Positions 62,786-64,000 of a stretch of DNA of 64,000 bases are shown one piece after another (position 1 is the stretch's first letter; each line of letters begins with the position of its first letter). Under the pieces are notes generated by a model. It did not search any database and was not told the DNA's origin. It worked only from the letters and a program-made list of their open reading frames with translations. Origin of the DNA: Prorocentrum cordatum (lineage: Eukaryota). A program made the translations under genes and the position numbers. Location of the stretch: positions 1,922,001 to 1,986,000 of the forward strand of contig CAUYUJ010000001.1 in assembly GCA_963575745.1 (NCBI GenBank), written 5' to 3'.

Positions 62786-64000
62786 ATGCCCTCGCCCAGG
62801 CGCTCGCGCCCACCTCCTGGCGACATGGCCATGCCCAAGGCGCGGCCGCCGTTCAAGAAGCCCCGGCTCCAGATCCGGGCGACGCCCAAGCAGCGGCCGT
62901 CGTCCAAGATGCTGCCGCCCGAGCTCTGGCTCCAGTTTCAGCAGACGCCCGAGCTCCAGGGACCCGCGCCTGTGACGCCCCCCAGGCGTTCGCGTCGGGA
63001 GGACGGCGCGTGGCGGCGTCGCCGCATCGGCGGGCCGAAGCAGCCAGCATGTCCGCCGCCTACGCACCTCCTCAAGTCCCCCACGGAGGCGAAGTGCGAC
63101 GGCGACGTCAGTGGCCAGGCGTCGGCATCGGCGGCGCGGACGGCGAGGCGCTCGGCAGTGCCAGTGCGCTTGTGGCACGGCGGGGCGGCGCAGTGGCAGT
63201 GCGCCTGTGGCGCCGACGGCGTCGTCAGGCGGGTGTTACACGAGATCATCATGACCAGCGGGGGGCTCGAGGCAAACTACACCGACGGCCCAATATACTG
63301 CTTCGAGTGCTGGCACCTGCTCCAGGAGGCCAGGCCCGACGTGGAGGGCATCATCATCGGCCCGCCCGATGCAAAGGTCCCAGAGGCCGACGTCGTCGAG
63401 GGCCCGGAAGATGGCCATCAGCTCGTCGAAGAGGAGGCCGACGAAGAGGTCTCAGAGGACGACATCGTGAAAGATGAGGACCCACAGGACGACCATCAGC
63501 TCGTCAAAGAGGAGGCCGAGGAAGAGGAGTACGCGATGGAGGCGGATGCCGCGGCGTGGGAGCTCATGAAGGACGACATCGTGAAAGATGAGGACCCACA
63601 GGACGACCATCAGCTCGTCAAAGAGGAGGCCGAGGAAGAGGAGTACGCGATGGAGGCGGATGCCGCGGCGTGGGAGCTCATGAAGGACGACATCGTGAAA
63701 GATGAGGACCCACAGGACGACCATCAGCTCGTCAAAGAGGAGGCCGAGGAAGAGGAGTACGCGATGGAGGCGGATGCCGCGGCGTGGGAGCTCGACAGCG
63801 CGGAGTCGGAGAACCCGCAGGAGGGGCCTCAGGAGGAGCCGCTTGCGGGCAATCCGCACTGCAAGCAGCGTAGGGGGTGCATCGGATGCGCATCCTCACC
63901 AATGGTGAGGCACGTCTTCAAGTGGGACGGGTGGCACTGGATCCCAGGCGACGTCTACTGCACCCCGTGCTGGCAGTCCTTCTGCAGGGATCATCGGTTC
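62786..64000 (+). CDS. Intronless ORF, open to the window end: two H..G.xYCxxCW domains flanking three 38-aa acidic repeats
   Basis: Translated by hand from ATG 62786 with no stop: ..RVLHE..DGPIYCFECWHLL.. and ..MVRHV..GDVYCTPCWQSF; absent from the ORF track because it lacks a stop. Confidence 0.7.
   Translation, partial: MPSPRRSRPPPGDMAMPKARPPFKKPRLQIRATPKQRPSSKMLPPELWLQFQQTPELQGPAPVTPPRRSRREDGAWRRRRIGGPKQPACPPPTHLLKSPTEAKCDGDVSGQASASAARTARRSAVPVRLWHGGAAQWQCACGADGVVRRVLHEIIMTSGGLEANYTDGPIYCFECWHLLQEARPDVEGIIIGPPDAKVPEADVVEGPEDGHQLVEEEADEEVSEDDIVKDEDPQDDHQLVKEEAEEEEYAMEADAAAWELMKDDIVKDEDPQDDHQLVKEEAEEEEYAMEADAAAWELMKDDIVKDEDPQDDHQLVKEEAEEEEYAMEADAAAWELDSAESENPQEGPQEEPLAGNPHCKQRRGCIGCASSPMVRHVFKWDGWHWIPGDVYCTPCWQSFCRDHRF
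63458..63794 (+). repeat. In-frame 114-bp tandem repeat x3
   Basis: Units start at 63458, 63572 and 63686 and encode DDIVKDEDPQDDHQLVKEEAEEEEYAMEADAAAWELMK. Confidence 0.95.

Overview
This is GC-rich eukaryotic DNA, dense in microsatellites. A dinoflagellate, Prorocentrum-like origin is inferred from tiny exons with GC/GA donors, PPR fragments of the 'WQxALSLLSEMWxAKLEPN' type and possible spliced-leader relics. Most ORFs in the supplied track are artefacts of (GAG/GAT/AGT/GAC)n repeats. Reading by hand recovers a + strand host gene the track misses: eight 39-72 nt, phase-0 exons between 1955 and 48107. They splice into 134 aa of a FAF2/UBXD8/PUX-type protein (end of the UAS domain plus coiled coil); no UBX-domain exons were found. 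The introns (0.3-16 kb) contain nested mobile DNA: two LINE 3' remnants, a decayed DIRS-like RT-RNaseH-tyrosine recombinase element, two Helitron-like families (one with 3 kb of cargo including a PPR fragment), a TIR element filled with 32-bp satellites, several MITE/hairpin families and a 90-bp satellite element. From about 52.5 kb to the end lies a cluster of intronless ORFs. It includes three paralogues of an unrecognised Trp/Pro-rich domain, several Cys/His proteins, a perfect 47-bp palindrome and a foldback element; this is the best candidate for something undescribed. All calls come from reading by eye; no searches were run.
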